DNA of 64,000 nucleotides from positions 17,236,001 through 17,300,000 of the forward strand of contig OX597842.1 in assembly GCA_951406725.2 (NCBI GenBank), given 5' to 3'. This stretch comes from Octopus vulgaris (lineage: Eukaryota). Position 1 is the first letter of the stretch. Every line of letters begins with the position of its first letter. Shown piece by piece: positions 27,695 through 41,864 of this stretch. The notes beneath the pieces were generated by a model. It was not told the origin of the DNA. It worked only from the letters and a program-made list of their open reading frames with translations, and did no database searches. The translations under genes were made by a program, and so were the position numbers.

Positions 27695-30424
27695 TATCGC
27701 CCTCCAGATGCCCCAAGCCATGTGGGCAAGTTTGAAGACTGCCTTATAAAAATAGAAGTTCTAACCACATTAGAACAACACATAAGTGTACTTCTTATGG
27801 GAGACTTCAATCTGCCAAATGTCAGATGGCCCGAGGGCCTTTCTCTCCCAGGAATGACAAGATGTGAACGAGGACAGGCGAGGTCCCTCCTGAACCTCAT
27901 CAACACCCTGTACATGGAGCAGGTAATACTCCAACCAACCAGGGCAGGTAACACACTGGATCTCTGCTTCACAAATGACATGGATCTCATCCATAATGTG
28001 AAAGTGACACCGACACTACTCTCGGATCACAACATGATAGAGCTGACCATGTACGGGCCAAAAGAGAGCACGGACATGCAGCCTACAAGAAACCCCCAGA
28101 ATCTTTCCAGCTTGAACTACCATAAGGCAAACTGGAAACAAATTGAGAAAGAGATCCTCAAACAAAACTGGCCTAAATGTCTCTCCTCGCCAGACATCGA
28201 CGTGAAACTTCAACAATTCATGTCTGTAATGCAAGCCATATGCTACAAATATGTCCCAGAGAGAAAGGCCACTGTACACAAGAACAAAATCCCCAGAGAG
28301 AGGAAATTTCTAATGAGACGGCGTACAAAATTTTCAAATCGCCTAAACAAACAGATTGAAAGCAGTGAAAAGTCCCGCCTAAAAATAAAACTGTTGGAAA
28401 TCGAAAAATGTCTGAAACTCTCCCATGAAAAGGAAAGAGCAGACAAAGAAGCCTGGGCTATAGACAACATAAAATCTAACCCCAGAGCTTTCTACAGGTA
28501 TGCCAAAGAAACAGCTACGGTGCACTGTAGAATAGGGCCACTCCTCGAAAAGGATGGCACACTTACAGGAAAACCAATGAGGGTAAGTGAAATACTGAAT
28601 GAGCAATTCAAGAGTGTTGTCACTCCACCCCTTGGGCATCTCCAAATCACCAATCCAACTGACTTTTTTACCACTGCAGATATAAAATCAGAGGCGGCGA
28701 CGATAGATTACATCGATATAAAGGAAGACGATCTAATCAAGGCTATAGATGAAATGAAAACAGACTCAGCTACTGGCCCCGATGGATTCCCGGCAATCCT
28801 CCTAAAAGCATGTAAGAGAGTCCTAGCAAGACCACTGCAGTTCCTCTTTCAGAGCTTCCTTGCAGCTGGCAAACTTCCAAGAAAACTGAAGGAAGGTAAA
28901 ATATGCCCCATTCATAAAGGAGGTAGTAGAGCGGAAGCCAAGAACTATAGACCTATCTCTCTGACCTCACACATCAGCAAGGTCATGGAACGAATAGTCA
29001 GAAGGAAGCTGATCACCTTCCTTGAAGAGAATGACTTGCTGCCCGACATCCAACATGGTTTCCGACCAGGGAGAAGCTGTTTAACTCAGCTCCTACAACA
29101 CTATGACTGGGTGCTGAAACGGCTGCTCAACCACTCAAATGTGGAAGTGATATATCTCGACTTTGCAAAGGCCTTTGATAAAGTCGATCATGGAATGATA
29201 TGTCACAAACTGCGTGATCTCAACATAGTTGGAAAACTGGGAGAATGGCTTCATGACTTTCTGAAAGATAGAAGTCAGGTGGTAGTGGCCAATGGGGCCA
29301 CTTCCATTAACACGCAAATAGTGAGCGGTGTTCCGCAGGGCACTGTTCTGGGACCACTACTGTTCATAATGGCCCTCTCAGACATGCCCTCAGCCACGCA
29401 GAGAGCCACGATCACAAGTTATGCAGATGATACAAAAGTTTCACAGGCAATACAGAACCCTGAGGACACTAAACACCTGCAATATGAGCTAGACAAAATA
29501 TACAAGTGGGCCGAAAAGAATAGCATGCAGTTCAATGCTGAAAAGTTTCAAGCTCTATACTATCAGCATGCAAAACTAAATGCAATACCCAATGAATACA
29601 CTGGACCCGGAGGAATAGCAATCCCAGAGGCACAATCAGTGCCTGACCTAGGTATTTACATGAGTGATGACGCGACCTTTCGTGTACATGTTGCTAAATT
29701 GGCAATGAAAGGTAGACGACTGGCCGGATGGATCATCAGAACCTTTAGAACAAGAGAACAAGAAACCATGATGGTCCTCTGGAGGACACTTGTCCTAAGC
29801 CACTTTGACTACTGCTCTCAGTTATGGTCACCATCCAGTGTCAAGTTGATCACAGAGCTCGAGGCGATCCAACGTAGCTACACGAAGAAGATAGCCTCTA
29901 TGCAGAATGTAAGCTACTGGGAAAGACTCAAGAAATTAAAATTATATTCCCTGGAGCGTAGGCGGGAAAGATATGCCATAATATATATCTGGAAGATCCT
30001 GGAGGGAAGTGTCCTGAACTTTGGCATCGAGAGTTACGCAAAAGCCAGAACTGGGCGCCACTGCGTGGTGCCTAGGACTCCAAACTTGCCATCAAGATGT
30101 AGGACAAGATTCTGTGATAGCCTGGTCTTCCGAGGCCAACAGCTCTTCAATATCCTCCCGAAGAACCTGAGAGACCTGCATGGGGTGGATACAGATGTCT
30201 TTAAAATGAAGCTGGATCTCTTCCTGTCAGGTGTCCCAGATGAACCAAGTTCGCGGCAGGAGGGGCAGATGAGGGCAGCTGCATCGAACTCTCTCATGCA
30301 CCAAATAGCAGTTGCTAGAAGGCCTTCATGAAGTGAAACCAAGTAGCAACACCAAATGGCGGTGCCCCAGCATGGCCACAGCTCATAAGCTGAAACTGGA
30401 AAAATCAAAATCAAAATCAAAATC
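27695..30424 (+). mobile_element. CR1-group LINE, 5'-truncated; ORF2 open 27695-30331 (~878 aa); (AAAATC)n tail
   Basis: APE motifs YRPP, GDFN, LDL, SDH; RT motifs QHGFR, DFAKAFD, GVPQGTVLGPLLF, YADD; LERRR. The N-terminal 89 aa of the listed ORF is microsatellite. Confidence 0.93.
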
Positions 30425-30999
30425 ATATGTATGTATGTATATGTATGTATGTATGTAAGGATATATATGTATATATGTATATATGTATATGTCTGTTTGT
30501 AGTTATGTATGTATGTATGTGTGTATATGTATGTATGTATGTATGTATGTATATATAAGTATGTATGTATATATGTATGTATATATGTATGTATGTATAT
30601 ATATATATGTATGTATGTTTATATATGTATGTATGTATGTATATGTATGTATGTATGTACGTGTGTGTGTATGTATGTATGTCTGTATGTATGTATGTAC
30701 GTATATGTATGTATGTATATATATGTATGTATGTATGTATGTATATGTATGTATGTATATATATATGTATGTATGTATGTATGTATATGTATGTATATAT
30801 GTGTGTATGTATGTATGTATGTATGTATGTATATATGAATGTATGTATGAATGTATGTATATGTATGTATGTATGTATGTAAATATGTATGTATATATGT
30901 ATATATGTGTGTGTTTATGTATGCATGTATGTGTGTATGTATGTATGTATGGATGGATGGATGGATGTATATATGTATGTATATATGTATGTATATATG

Positions 31000-31033
<34 letters not shown>

Positions 31034-31071
31034 TGTGTGTGTGTGTATGTATGTATGTGTGTATGTATGAA

Positions 31072-31630
31072 TGTCATTGTTCAGTTTTATTTCAAGATTT
31101 CTTGCCTATACTGAAAGAACCGGTTTCTAACTTAGATTTAAGGCTCCTTCATTAGAATTTGGTCATCAGCGTATTTTTTATGTATATGTGTATGTATATG
31201 TGTAGATTTGTATATTTTACTTTATGTACGTCTTCTCATGCATATAGTTGCATATTTAGACATGTTTATATATATATTTAAATGATAAACTTCTGGAAAG
31301 TTTTACAGATTTTTACAGTTCCACTGATGGATTGGATTTTTAGGGCTTCGAATTAGCTTTCTCCTTTCTGGTTTTCAGACGCCTAATTTCTCAAGGTTGG
31401 TATTTAGGTAGTGTGTTATATAAACCTGAACTTGTAATCTGGATAAAATAACTACAGATTTCTCAATAGTTCGTTATATGTACTCTCATTTTCCTGATCT
31501 TCACCTCTATGTTAACTCCCGCTGGCAACTAATTTCCACACCTGTACACAGTTTCTCTTCTCTATCCCAAATCATTATATCAGGTCAGTTGTGCTTACAT
31601 TTTATTGAGGTCTTGACTGATGTATGTAAA
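31072..31630 (-). mobile_element. 3' fragment of R4/Dong-like RLE non-LTR element ending in (TACA)n
   Basis: Minus strand reads KCKHN*PDIMIWDREEKLCTGVEISC (PD..E RLE motif). Confidence 0.7.
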
Positions 31631-32502
31631 TTAATTCATAAACCTGCATATATATCTATGTCTAACTACACACAAACACACACACACAGATTAAAATTTG
31701 TTTCTAAGTTATAAAAACAATTTTCACAAAAATATATATATATGTATGTATACATATATATATGTATGTATACATATATATACATATGTATACATATATA
31801 TATATTTATATATATGTATGTGTATATATATATGTATGTGTATAAACATATATATACATATATACATACATACATACAGATAGATAGATAGATATACGTC
31901 GGGTTCTTCCAGTTCCAAATCCTCTTATAAGTTTTGGGGCTTTGACCAACCCGAGGCTACAGTAGAAGGCCCTTTCGCAAGGTGTCACGCTCTGGGGCCG
32001 AACCCGGATCCATGTAATTAGGAAGTAACACACAGAACCACCTACGCCTATATATATATATACACACACACATGTACACACACGTGTACACACACATATA
32101 CACACACATCCTCATAAATGTTGTTTATCGATCAAAATGAGAAATACGTCATGGTAAGCTCACAAATAAAATGAATATTAAGAATCGGGGGAAAGCTCAT
32201 TAATTTCAGAGAAGTAACAAGTCCATGCAAGAAATATCCGAATAGTCATTGGAACTTTGTATATAAACTAATTAATCCATTTTGAAGGAATAAATTGGAA
32301 ATATTAATTAATAATATGCGGCTGCAGATTGCGATAAACAACCTTGAGTCTAATCAATATATAATATCGTGATTCATTTGTTATTAGTATATTTTCTATC
32401 TTTCTAAAAATCATTACAGTATAAATATTTTATGCCCTTAAGCAGCCATTTATTCCGCTGAATATAATCAGTTAATTTTAAGAATCGATTAGAAGATATT
32501 CA

Positions 32503-32918
32503 GGCTCTTTTCGGTTTGAAAGGCAGTTTTTTCTAGCGGTGTCATATGAAATTGTCACCCATAATTATGACCCTAGTATCGATCTGTTGCATTTCAATTT
32601 GTTTTTTAGGGTTAGGGGTGGGGGGAAGGGTATCTTTTTTCTTCAGAAATGTAAATAAGCCCAATCTGTTTCTTAAACGACAGACATATTCAACGACACA
32701 GAATGTTTTTTTTTTACCTCAATAGACGTCATTGAATGTTTGAAATTGCAGAAATTGAAGAAAAACAACAACAAATATTTTACAAACAATAGAATTTTCT
32801 CAATAAAGCCAAGAGAAAAAGATGTTTTATAAACACATTCTAACAGAATACGAAGTTTAAAAGTTTTTATTTATGTGGAAATTATGTTAAAAAACTGTCG
32901 GTCAAACGGAAAAGATCC
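32503..32918. mobile_element. MITE with ~28-bp TIRs and 8-bp TSD gatattca
   Basis: ggctcttttcggtttgaa..tcaaacggaaaagatcc; absent from the paralogous block 6690-7460. Confidence 0.8.
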
Positions 32919-33683
32919 GATATTCAAAATCAGGAAACACGATTATCATTTTATTGAATTTTTAAATAAAATCCCAAAGTTTATACCATTTTTTCATCAG
33001 TGAATGTGAGTGGCTTAGGGGTCAGGGTTTGCATTCACGATCCTCTGAACGTGCGATCGATTCGCAGACAGGATGGCGTGTTGTATCCTTGGGCAAGGCA
33101 CTGCATTTCACGTTGCCCCAGGGCTGTGAAGGGGACTGGCATATCAATGAATAGACCCAACGTTTCGTCTGCGTTTTGTAAACAGAGATTAAAAGGGGCG
33201 AGTTAGCATTTGCACTTTGATCCCGTAAAACCCTCACTACAAACGACAGCCCTAACATAACCATGGGTTGGAGGGTTTTCGCGTAAATGATACAAAGGCG
33301 TCTTCTGCCAGGGAATCACTAAGAAATGGTGGGTGCAGCGACGCAGGGTAACACAGTATTTTCTCATATTACCTATCAAGTAAATGCAAGACAGCCATTT
33401 TCATGCACATAGGTACATACACTTATGTATGTACGTATGTATGTATGTATGCATGTATGTATGTATGTATGTGTGTATGTATTTATGTATGTATGTATGT
33501 ATGTATGTGTGTATGTATGTATGTATGTATGTATGTATGTATGTATGTATGTCAGGTCACTTCCGAGGGCTACTGGTAACATGTAATCCAGTACAGCCTG
33601 TTGCATGGTCGGGTAGTCGGCAACTCCACCAAGCTTGGATGAAAAATAAAACCCGTTAAAGGGCGGAGGAATCATCTACTTGT

Positions 33684-33975
33684 GGAGGCACATGGCCTAG
33701 TGGTTAGAGCAGCGGAGACGCGGTCGAGGGATAGCGGGTTCGAATCTCAGACTGGGCGATATGTGTGTTCATGAGTGAAGCACCTAAGCTTCACGCGACT
33801 CCGGCAGAGAAAAATGGCGAAACTTCTGCTGACTCTTTCGCCACAACTTTCTCTCGCTCTTTCCTTTTGCATCTTGCAGCTCACCCACGTCTCGTCCAGG
33901 TGGGGAACCTATACGTCAAGAAACCGGGGAAACCGGCCCCATATGAGCCAGACATGGCTCGAGAAGGAAAACAAC
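33684..33975 (+). mobile_element. tRNA-derived SINE (family C)
   Basis: A box tggcctagtgg, B box ggttcgaatc. Confidence 0.75.
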
Positions 33976-35205
33976 AATCATCGATTTGGTTTGGGTGTCT
34001 TCATTCGCCATACATTATTATATTACATACAAAGGAGGGAGACTAATCTCCGAACAGTTGCTCAAAATATAATCTCCTCTAAATATTTATCATACGAGAC
34101 GCTTCACCGTTTATAAAAAACGTTTGGATAAAGTGGTTCTTATAACACACGGTCTGAAAACGGTATGATAATGGCTGCAATTCTCTGACTAAGAAAGAAC
34201 CACACAATCGAGGCTCAATGAAACCTGTGGCTAAACAACAGCAACCTTCAAAGTCAAATTTCCGTTAAGAGGTCATACACTTCTCTGAAACTGCTGACTC
34301 TACCCCGAATCCTCTCTCATTCGTCCTTCATTTCAAAACATTTGTTCTTCTTCAAGATGGTATTTTTAACTAGTAACATGTTTAGAGTTTGTAGGATACA
34401 TCAATGTGAATCGAACCAACTTCAGTATTTTATTAGCAGCTTTATCAATCGAAGGCCAATTTGGTATAAACAGTGAAGATTGATTGCTAATATCCATACC
34501 TTTCTCGGAGGACATTATTGATATCCACTTGACATCGAAATACAAACATAAAAGAAGCCTTTATCCCTTCAAGGTCTTAACTCTCTACTTGTTATTGTTG
34601 ACCACACTTCATCCAACAGCATTAAGGATGATATATCCAGTACAAAATGCAAAACAAAAACAAATCGAAAGCTATCGATATATTGCTAAGCTTATAAATA
34701 CAGTCAACTTGTTTCAAGAGGTATTGTTGCGGAGACCGGTGAATAGAAGCGGTCATTGATCGGAAAAGTAACGAAGCTGAGAGTGAAACTAATAATTTAT
34801 AAATAATCGTGAAAGCAAATTATTTTGGATAGAAAGCAACGACAATATAAGACTCCAAGTTTGCGAACGTATTTGAGAAAAGCGAAATAACCTGCGGGCA
34901 AATTCTAGAGTCAGAGGGAAAGAAAGTTCAAGTTGTACATCTATCTTAATAAGAGAGCAAAAAATCTGAAGATATTGTTTTAAGGAGATATCATCTTCTT
35001 GAAGCTTGAACTGTGAAATATCCTAAGTTTCTTCTCAAATTGTCGGAACGAAGAGAATAGAAAGGAATAAAAGAAATCCTGCTTATCAAAACTAGAAAAA
35101 AAGAAATATTAAAAGGCAGAAGACCCCGATTTTCCAGTGAGTCACGTCTGGTTGTTCGATTTTGCAACTAAAAGGGAAGTTTACTTAACAAACTCTGTAA
35201 CAGTC

Positions 35206-35218
35206 ATGAACCTGAAAG
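35206..35218 (+). CDS. Putative coding exon 1 (MNLK-G) of secreted PAN/apple-domain protein
   Basis: ATGAACCTGAAAG|GTAAGT; phase 1 matches the acceptor at 37251; conserved in the paralog at 8829. Confidence 0.55.
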
Positions 35219-35299
35219 GTAAGTGAATTAATGATATTAGGAATGAAAAGAGAGATAAATTCTAAACTTGTTTTTATAATTCTATGATATAAATACTGT

Positions 35300-35609
35300 G
35301 GAAGCGCAATGGCCCAGTGGTTAGGGCAGCGGACTCGCGGTCGGAGGATCGCGGTTTCGATTCCCAGACCGGGCGTTGTGAGTGTTTATTGAGCGAAAAC
35401 ACCTAAAGCTCCACGAGGCTCCGGCAGGGCGTGGTGGTGAACCCTGCTGTACTCTTTCGCCACAACTTTCTCTCACTCTTTCTTCTGTTGGCCTGTTCGC
35501 TTAGCCAGCGGGGTGGCGTCATTTGAAGGCTAAGACAATGTGAAGTGCATTGTGACCAGCGATGTGTAACAACATCTGATAGCCTGGTCGGTCACGGTGG
35601 TCACGGTGA
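35300..35609 (+). mobile_element. tRNA-derived SINE (family C) with 13-bp TSD atataaatactgt
   Basis: A/B boxes; TSD at 35287-35299 and 35610-35622; empty site in the paralog at ~8915. Confidence 0.88.
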
Positions 35610-35910
35610 ATATAAATACTGTTACTACTTGTGCTTTCATCGCATTAGGTTTATCATAATCCTTTTCCCATTTCCAAGGAAAATGGAAAGAAGAGAGGTG
35701 GATTCGTTTAAATCGTGGATCGACTGATAAAATATCTTTTGAGACATATTTTGTCCACAAATTCTGCACTTGTCACCACCTTCTGATGTGTTGTCTATTC
35801 TGTAGTTTTTGACTCAGTAGATGAATATGAAATGTTATATAAGAACAAATATTACCTAATTGTGCATTCAAGAAATATGCTCTCTCTCCCTCTCTTTTTC
35901 TCTCTCTCCA

Positions 35911-35971
<61 letters not shown>

Positions 35972-35972
35972 G

Positions 35973-36019
<47 letters not shown>

Positions 36020-36167
36020 GGTATATGTACATATGTACATGTGTATATGGGTGTATGTGTGTATGTGTACGTATGTGTTTGCGTATATATGTATATGTCT
36101 ATGTATGTATGCGTGTGTATATGTATGTATGTATATGTATACGTATGTGTATGTGTATATGTACATG

Positions 36168-36212
<45 letters not shown>

Positions 36213-36470
36213 ATGTATATGTATGTATATGTGTATGTATATATATACGTATATGTATAAGTGAGAGTCTCCTTATTTACCTATAACTCTAATTTTCTAT
36301 TTATTCTTTTATTCTTTTATTTATTCTTTTATCTACTTTACCACCGATTCCTTTGACCACTCCCCTAAGAATGATAGTTTGCGCCATGCCTACCCCAAAA
36401 AAGTCCACCACCACCACCCCTTTAAACCTGCCTAAATGTATAAATGCCAAAACTACTCTTGTCACCTAGA

Positions 36471-36515
36471 TTCCTGATGATTTCTTTTTAATGAAACAGT
36501 TCTAGTCCTGTAGAA
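36471..36515 (+). ncRNA. Hammerhead ribozyme in a solo pseudo-LTR fragment (~36300-36605) of the PLE family at 62314-64000
   Basis: ttc CTGATGA tttctttttaat GAAA cagttctagtcctg TA gaa; downstream 85 bp match 62400-62485. Confidence 0.7.
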
Positions 36516-36603
36516 GTTCCTTCTATAAAATAAATTAATTTACTCTGCTATGTATTGAGTACCTTATTTACTGTGGTTAACCCCGACTCAACCCGGGACC
36601 TAC

Positions 36604-36681
<78 letters not shown>

Positions 36682-36787
36682 AAATGCATATCTTTATAGG
36701 TGTAAAAATACAATAAACAATTATAGAAAAATGGAGGAGAAAAAGATGTTGAATCACAATTAGATTTAATACAAAATAGGGTTCAAT

Positions 36788-36885
36788 ACATACGAGCGTT
36801 TCAAAGGACAATACAAATATGTAAGAAAAAAATTTTGAGCAAAGTGATTATAATTAAATTTATGCATTGTCATTTTCATCTGTGT
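36788..36885 (-). ncRNA. Variant or decayed hammerhead (core CAGATGA)
   Basis: aca CAGATGA aaatgacaatgca..tgtattgtccttt GAAA cgctcg TA tgt. Confidence 0.55.
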
Positions 36886-37250
36886 GAGGAATTTTTGTAA
36901 GGACATCAAAAAAAGGTTTAATAAAATAAAGTAAATTAAAAAAAGATACAATAAGGGAAAATACAAATGGGGTAATAGGGGAAAAAATCTGATATTTGCA
37001 AGCAAGTTTTAAAAGGGGAAAAAAGTAACAATAATAATAATAGTAAGAGAGACGAAAGGTAAAAAAGACAGACATACCCATGTTCATGCATGTCTATATG
37101 TGCAGTAATATACCTTTATCGGTATTTTTCAACTACTATTTTCATATTCTTATTACTTGCTCTGGCTGGGTTTTTTTATGAATATGATGAATATGAGAGA
37201 GATGAATAGACAAACACGTATGCATGCATGTAATCTTGTATATTTTTCAG

Positions 37251-37577
37251 GAATGGAAACATCAATTCAATATCATTTGATTCTCCTATTGCTGCCATAT
37301 TTGACGCTTGTATTTTCCGTAACTCCTGTAATTGGACAATCAACGTATAGAGAAAGCCAATTCAGAAAACTCACAACAAAATGCTTAACTGATCAGAATA
37401 AAACTACAGAAAAAGCGTCATCTCGTTTAGAATGTTCAATACTGTGTATTTCACGCGATGAGTGCGAATATTTTACCTATTGTAATGGCCGATGTTATAT
37501 GCACCGATTGTTCCACGACAAATACATCGAAGATTATGATTGCAACTGTTCATCGTATATTTCGGCCAAGGGAAACG
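37251..37577 (+). CDS. Exon 2: signal peptide plus PAN/apple-like domain
   Basis: tttttcag acceptor, gtatgt donor; hydrophobic LILLLLPYLTLVFSV; SRLECSILC...C.YFTY..GRC.M Cys pattern. Confidence 0.82.
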
Positions 37578-37661
37578 GTATGTAAATCAACATTTTCCTG
37601 TATGCTTTTCTAATTATTACATATTTTAATCAATATTCTATGTGTTATATATACAAATGAT

Positions 37662-37799
<138 letters not shown>

Positions 37800-38063
37800 A
37801 TTAATTAATAAGGGTGAGAGAATTAGATACTAATTTAATAGTATATCTATTCAACACCAAGTGGCCTAGTGCTCCGAGAAACCTGGATTATTATAATATT
37901 TTATAATATATTATAATATTTTTACAAAATAAATATAAGAGAGTGGTCACTATATGGCTCACTCTAGCACCAGTTAATCCAAAAGGTTTCAACCACAAAA
38001 ATACATGTATATATATATATGTATATATATATATGTATATAAATATATATATATATATACATA

Positions 38064-38151
<88 letters not shown>

Positions 38152-38471
38152 CATATATATATATATATATATTTTTCGCTATTTTCGCTCTTGCGTCTCA
38201 CGTTTGATCTTTGACTTCTGGCCGAAATCAGATCGCCATGTTGATTCGCTAGCTTATGCACGCATTTTTTCTCTTCTTGTTTCTCTCCGTGTTTCTTTTC
38301 TGTGTATCTTTCTGTTGAAGAGCGTAAGCTCGAAACTTAAAATACTTGTTTTATTTATATTCCTGAGCGCCATACTAATACAATTGTTTGTTTGTATTCC
38401 ACCTGCCTTCGTCTTTTGTTTATTTCCGTAAACCTGCCTTCGTCTTTTGTTTATTCTCATAAAGCTTCCCG

Positions 38472-38628
<157 letters not shown>

Positions 38629-38668
38629 CATATACATATATATATACATATATATATATATGTATATA

Positions 38669-38777
<109 letters not shown>

Positions 38778-38783
38778 TATACA

Positions 38784-39006
38784 GGCGAGCTGGCAGAAAC
38801 GTTAGCACGCCGGGCGAAATGCGTAGCCGTATTTCGTCTGTCGATACGTTCTGAGTTCAAATTCCGCCGAGGTCGACTTTGTCTTTCGTCCTTTCGGGGT
38901 CGATAAATTAAGTACCAGTTACGCACTGGGGTCGATGTAATCGACTTCATCCCTTTGTCTGTCCTTGTTTGTCCTATCTATGTTTAGCCCCTTGTGGGTA
39001 GTAAAG
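38784..39006 (+). mobile_element. tRNA-derived SINE (family B); other copies ~6005-6230, 43735-43910 (-), 55277-55390, 59335-59745 (partial dimer)
   Basis: ggcgagctggcagaa..gagttcaaattcc..ggggtcgataaattaagtaccag. Confidence 0.8.
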
Positions 39007-39029
39007 ATATGTATATATATATATACAGA

Positions 39030-39372
39030 TGACACACAAGATAGAACCCCCTCCACGCTTACACTATCAATTAAAAACCGCATTATCCACATATGGAACG
39101 AAAAACTTGAATTTTCTTTCTGGAATACGGTTAAAAACAACCACAAGGCAGAAATTTATGAACGTTGGTTAAATTCTGCACCAGTAATTTTGCCTCATAA
39201 ATTCAAATTAAACGTATTCCAAACGAGCTGGACCAAGAAAAGCAATTAAGAGAGAAACTAAAATTGGACAAAATGAAAACAGAAATCGAACTCCTTAAGC
39301 TTAGAGCGCTAAGCAATGAAAAAAAATTTTAAAAACATCGATGAGGAACTCTACAACGAATTAAAGAAACAT
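39030..39372 (+). pseudogene. Decayed coding fragment, probably retroelement-derived, interrupted by a SINE
   Basis: Reads IWNEKLEFSFWNTVKNNHKAEIYERW..P.ILP.KF then, after a frameshift, a coiled-coil-like EKLKLDKMKTEIELLKLR; no splice context. Confidence 0.35.
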
Positions 39373-39375
39373 TCA

Positions 39376-39782
39376 GGCGCAGGAGTGGCTGTGTGGTAAG
39401 TAGCTTGTTTACCAACCACATGGTTCCTGTTCAGTCCCACTGCGTGGCACCTTGGGCAAGTGTCTTCTACTATAGCCTCGGGCTGACCAAAGCCTTGTGA
39501 GTGGATTTGGTAGACGGAAACTGAAAGAAGCCCGTCGTATATATGTATATATATGCGTGTGTGTGTTTGTATGTCTGTGTTTGTCCCCCTAGCATTGCTT
39601 GACAACCGATGCTGGCGTGTTTATGTCCCCGTTACTTAGCGGTTCGGCAAAACAGACCGATAGAATAAGTACTGGGCTTACAAAAGAATAAGTCCCGGTG
39701 TCGAGTTGCTCGATTAAAGGTGGTGCTCCAGCATGGCCGCAGTCAAATGACTGAAACAAGTAAAAGAGTAAAAGAGTAAAGA
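39376..39782 (+). mobile_element. tRNA-derived SINE (family A); other copies 41069-41655, 43281-43693 (-), 44733-45460 (-, three heads), 47050-47145, 49822-50040 (-), 51290-51500, 57255-57645, 31896-32050 (-)
   Basis: ggcgcaggagtggctgtgtggtaag..ttcagtccc head, ttgggcaagtgtctt core, (taaaagag)n tail. Confidence 0.88.
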
Positions 39783-39949
39783 GAGAGATGGTCAACGCTT
39801 GGAAAGTGTTTTTAAACTGTGGAAAATAACTTGCGAAGCTGAAGAAAACCTAACCCTAACCCTAACCCTACAACGATGGGAAAGACAAGCCAATTTCTTT
39901 ATTAATCTACGAGACACAGTTCAACATAGAAAACGCATCGGATAACCCC

Positions 39950-40825
39950 TTCCTTCTTCTTTCTTCTTCTTACAGTATTCACCCGGGGTGGGTTGGGCTG
40001 GTTTCATTTATCCTCAATGCTGCATTTCTCACAAACGCCGACCAGGCCTGGCGATTTGAGGCTAACGACCGCGTTGTCTCCAACCACTCCTTATTCCAGC
40101 GGCGAAAGCCGTAGATATGGGGGCTTAGGTTGGGTTCCAGATCAGCCTTGACCGTCATCAGCCAGGTTTTTCGTTGTCCACCACATCACTTTCGCCAACC
40201 CTGAAGGGGATCTGGGGCAATTGCTTCGTAGGTTGAGTTCCAGATCAGCCTTGACTGTCATCAACCAGGTTTTTCGTTGTCCACCACATCACTTTCGCCA
40301 ACCCTGAAGGGGATCTGGGGCAATTGCTTCGTAGGTTGGGTTCCAGATCAGCCTTGACTGTCATCAGCCAGGTTTTTCGTTGTCCACCACATCACTTTCG
40401 CCAACCGTGAAGGGGATCTGGGGCAATTGCTTCGTAGGTTGAGTTCCAGATCAGCCTTGACTGTCATCAGCCAGGTTTTTCGTTGTCCACCACATCACTT
40501 TCGCCAACCGTGAAGGGGATCTGGGGCAATTGCTTCGTAGGTTGGGTTCCAGATCAGCCTTGACTGTCATCAGCCAGGTTTTTCGTTGTCCACCACATCA
40601 CTTTCGCCAACCCTGAAGGGGAGGTGGGGCAATTGCTTCGTAGGTTGGGTTCCAGATCAGCCTTGACTGTCATCAGCCAGATTTTTCGTTGTCCACCACG
40701 ACGCTTTCGACAACCCTGAAGGGGAGGTGGGGCAATTGCTTCGTAGGTTGGGTTCCAGATCAGCCTTGACTGTCATCAGCCAGGTTATTCGTTGTCCACC
40801 ACGACGCTTTCGCCAACCCCTTCCT
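39950..40825 (-). mobile_element. RTE-type LINE 3' end with a 103-bp segment amplified ~6.7 times (40126-40820)
   Basis: GWRKRRGGQR.TWLMTVKADLE..W..LASNRQAW; (AGA)n tail; units start at 40126, 40229, 40332, 40435, 40538, 40641, 40744. Confidence 0.85.
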
Positions 40826-41412
40826 GAGGAAAAATAAACCAAAAACATACACAGAAATGACCCAATCTTATCTAACACAAACCACAGACCGTCTAGGGTA
40901 CACAACTCCACTGACCTGACCTCTCTTGCACCCCAAAATAACTTTCAAACAACAATCGGGAATTCAACCCATAATTGAAAATCTGGACGTAATCCTCAAG
41001 ACATCCTACATACAAATCAAAGGTGCCATCGAAACTTCCAGACAATCCTAAACTTTTGGGAAACAATAGGCGTAGGAGTGGCTGTGTGGTAAGTAGCTTG
41101 TTTACCAACCACATGGTTCCGGGTTCAGTCCCACTGCGTGACACCTTGGGCAAGTGTCTTCTACTATAGCTTCGGGCCGACCAAAGCCTTGTGAGTGGAT
41201 TTGGTAGATGGAAACTGAAAAAAGCCCGTTGTATATAGGCGCAGTAGTGGCTGTGTGGTACGTTGCTTGTTTACCAACCACATGGTTCCGGATTCAGTCC
41301 CACTGCGTGGCACCTTGGGCAAGTGTCTTCTACTATAGCCTCGGGCCGACCAAAGCCTTGTGAGTGGATTTGGTAGATGGAAACTGAAAGAAGCCTGTCG
41401 TATATATGTATG

Positions 41413-41447
<35 letters not shown>

Positions 41448-41864
41448 ATGTGTGTGTGTGTGTGTGTTTGTGTGTCTGCGTTTGTCCCCCCAACATCGCT
41501 TGACAACCTATGCTGGTGTGTTTACGTCCCCGTAACTTAGCGGTTCGGCATAAGAGCCCGATAGAATAAGTCCCGGGGTCGATTTGCTCGACTAAAGGCG
41601 GCGCTCCAGCATGGCCACAGTCACATGACTGAAACAAGTAAAAGGTAAAAGTAAAAATAAAAAAAAGTAATACCTACCAATCTACCCCCATCATCTCACA
41701 ATCAATGGAAGAATTTAACCCCGAGACTTAACCTTCAATATGGTTACTTCAATCATTCAACTAGACACAACCTAACTATACAACATAACTTCTCCTTCCA
41801 CCCACATTACAATATTAAAAATAAATTTAACCCAAACCACATCAACCATAGACAATATAACAAC

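Noticed and set aside
35300-35375. tRNA genes at SINE heads (also 33684, 38784, 39376, 43947)
   Set aside because: They continue into SINE bodies with tails or TSDs, and the cloverleaves are imperfect
39848-39870. (CCCTAA)3 telomere-like repeat, also inside the MITEs
   Set aside because: Too short to indicate a telomere or fusion site
40126-40820. CTGATGA plus a hairpin in each 103-bp repeat (- strand) as tandem hammerheads, or a CRISPR-like array
   Set aside because: No GAAA/stem III follows; the sequence encodes W-L-M-T of an RTE ORF; there are no unique spacers and the DNA is eukaryotic
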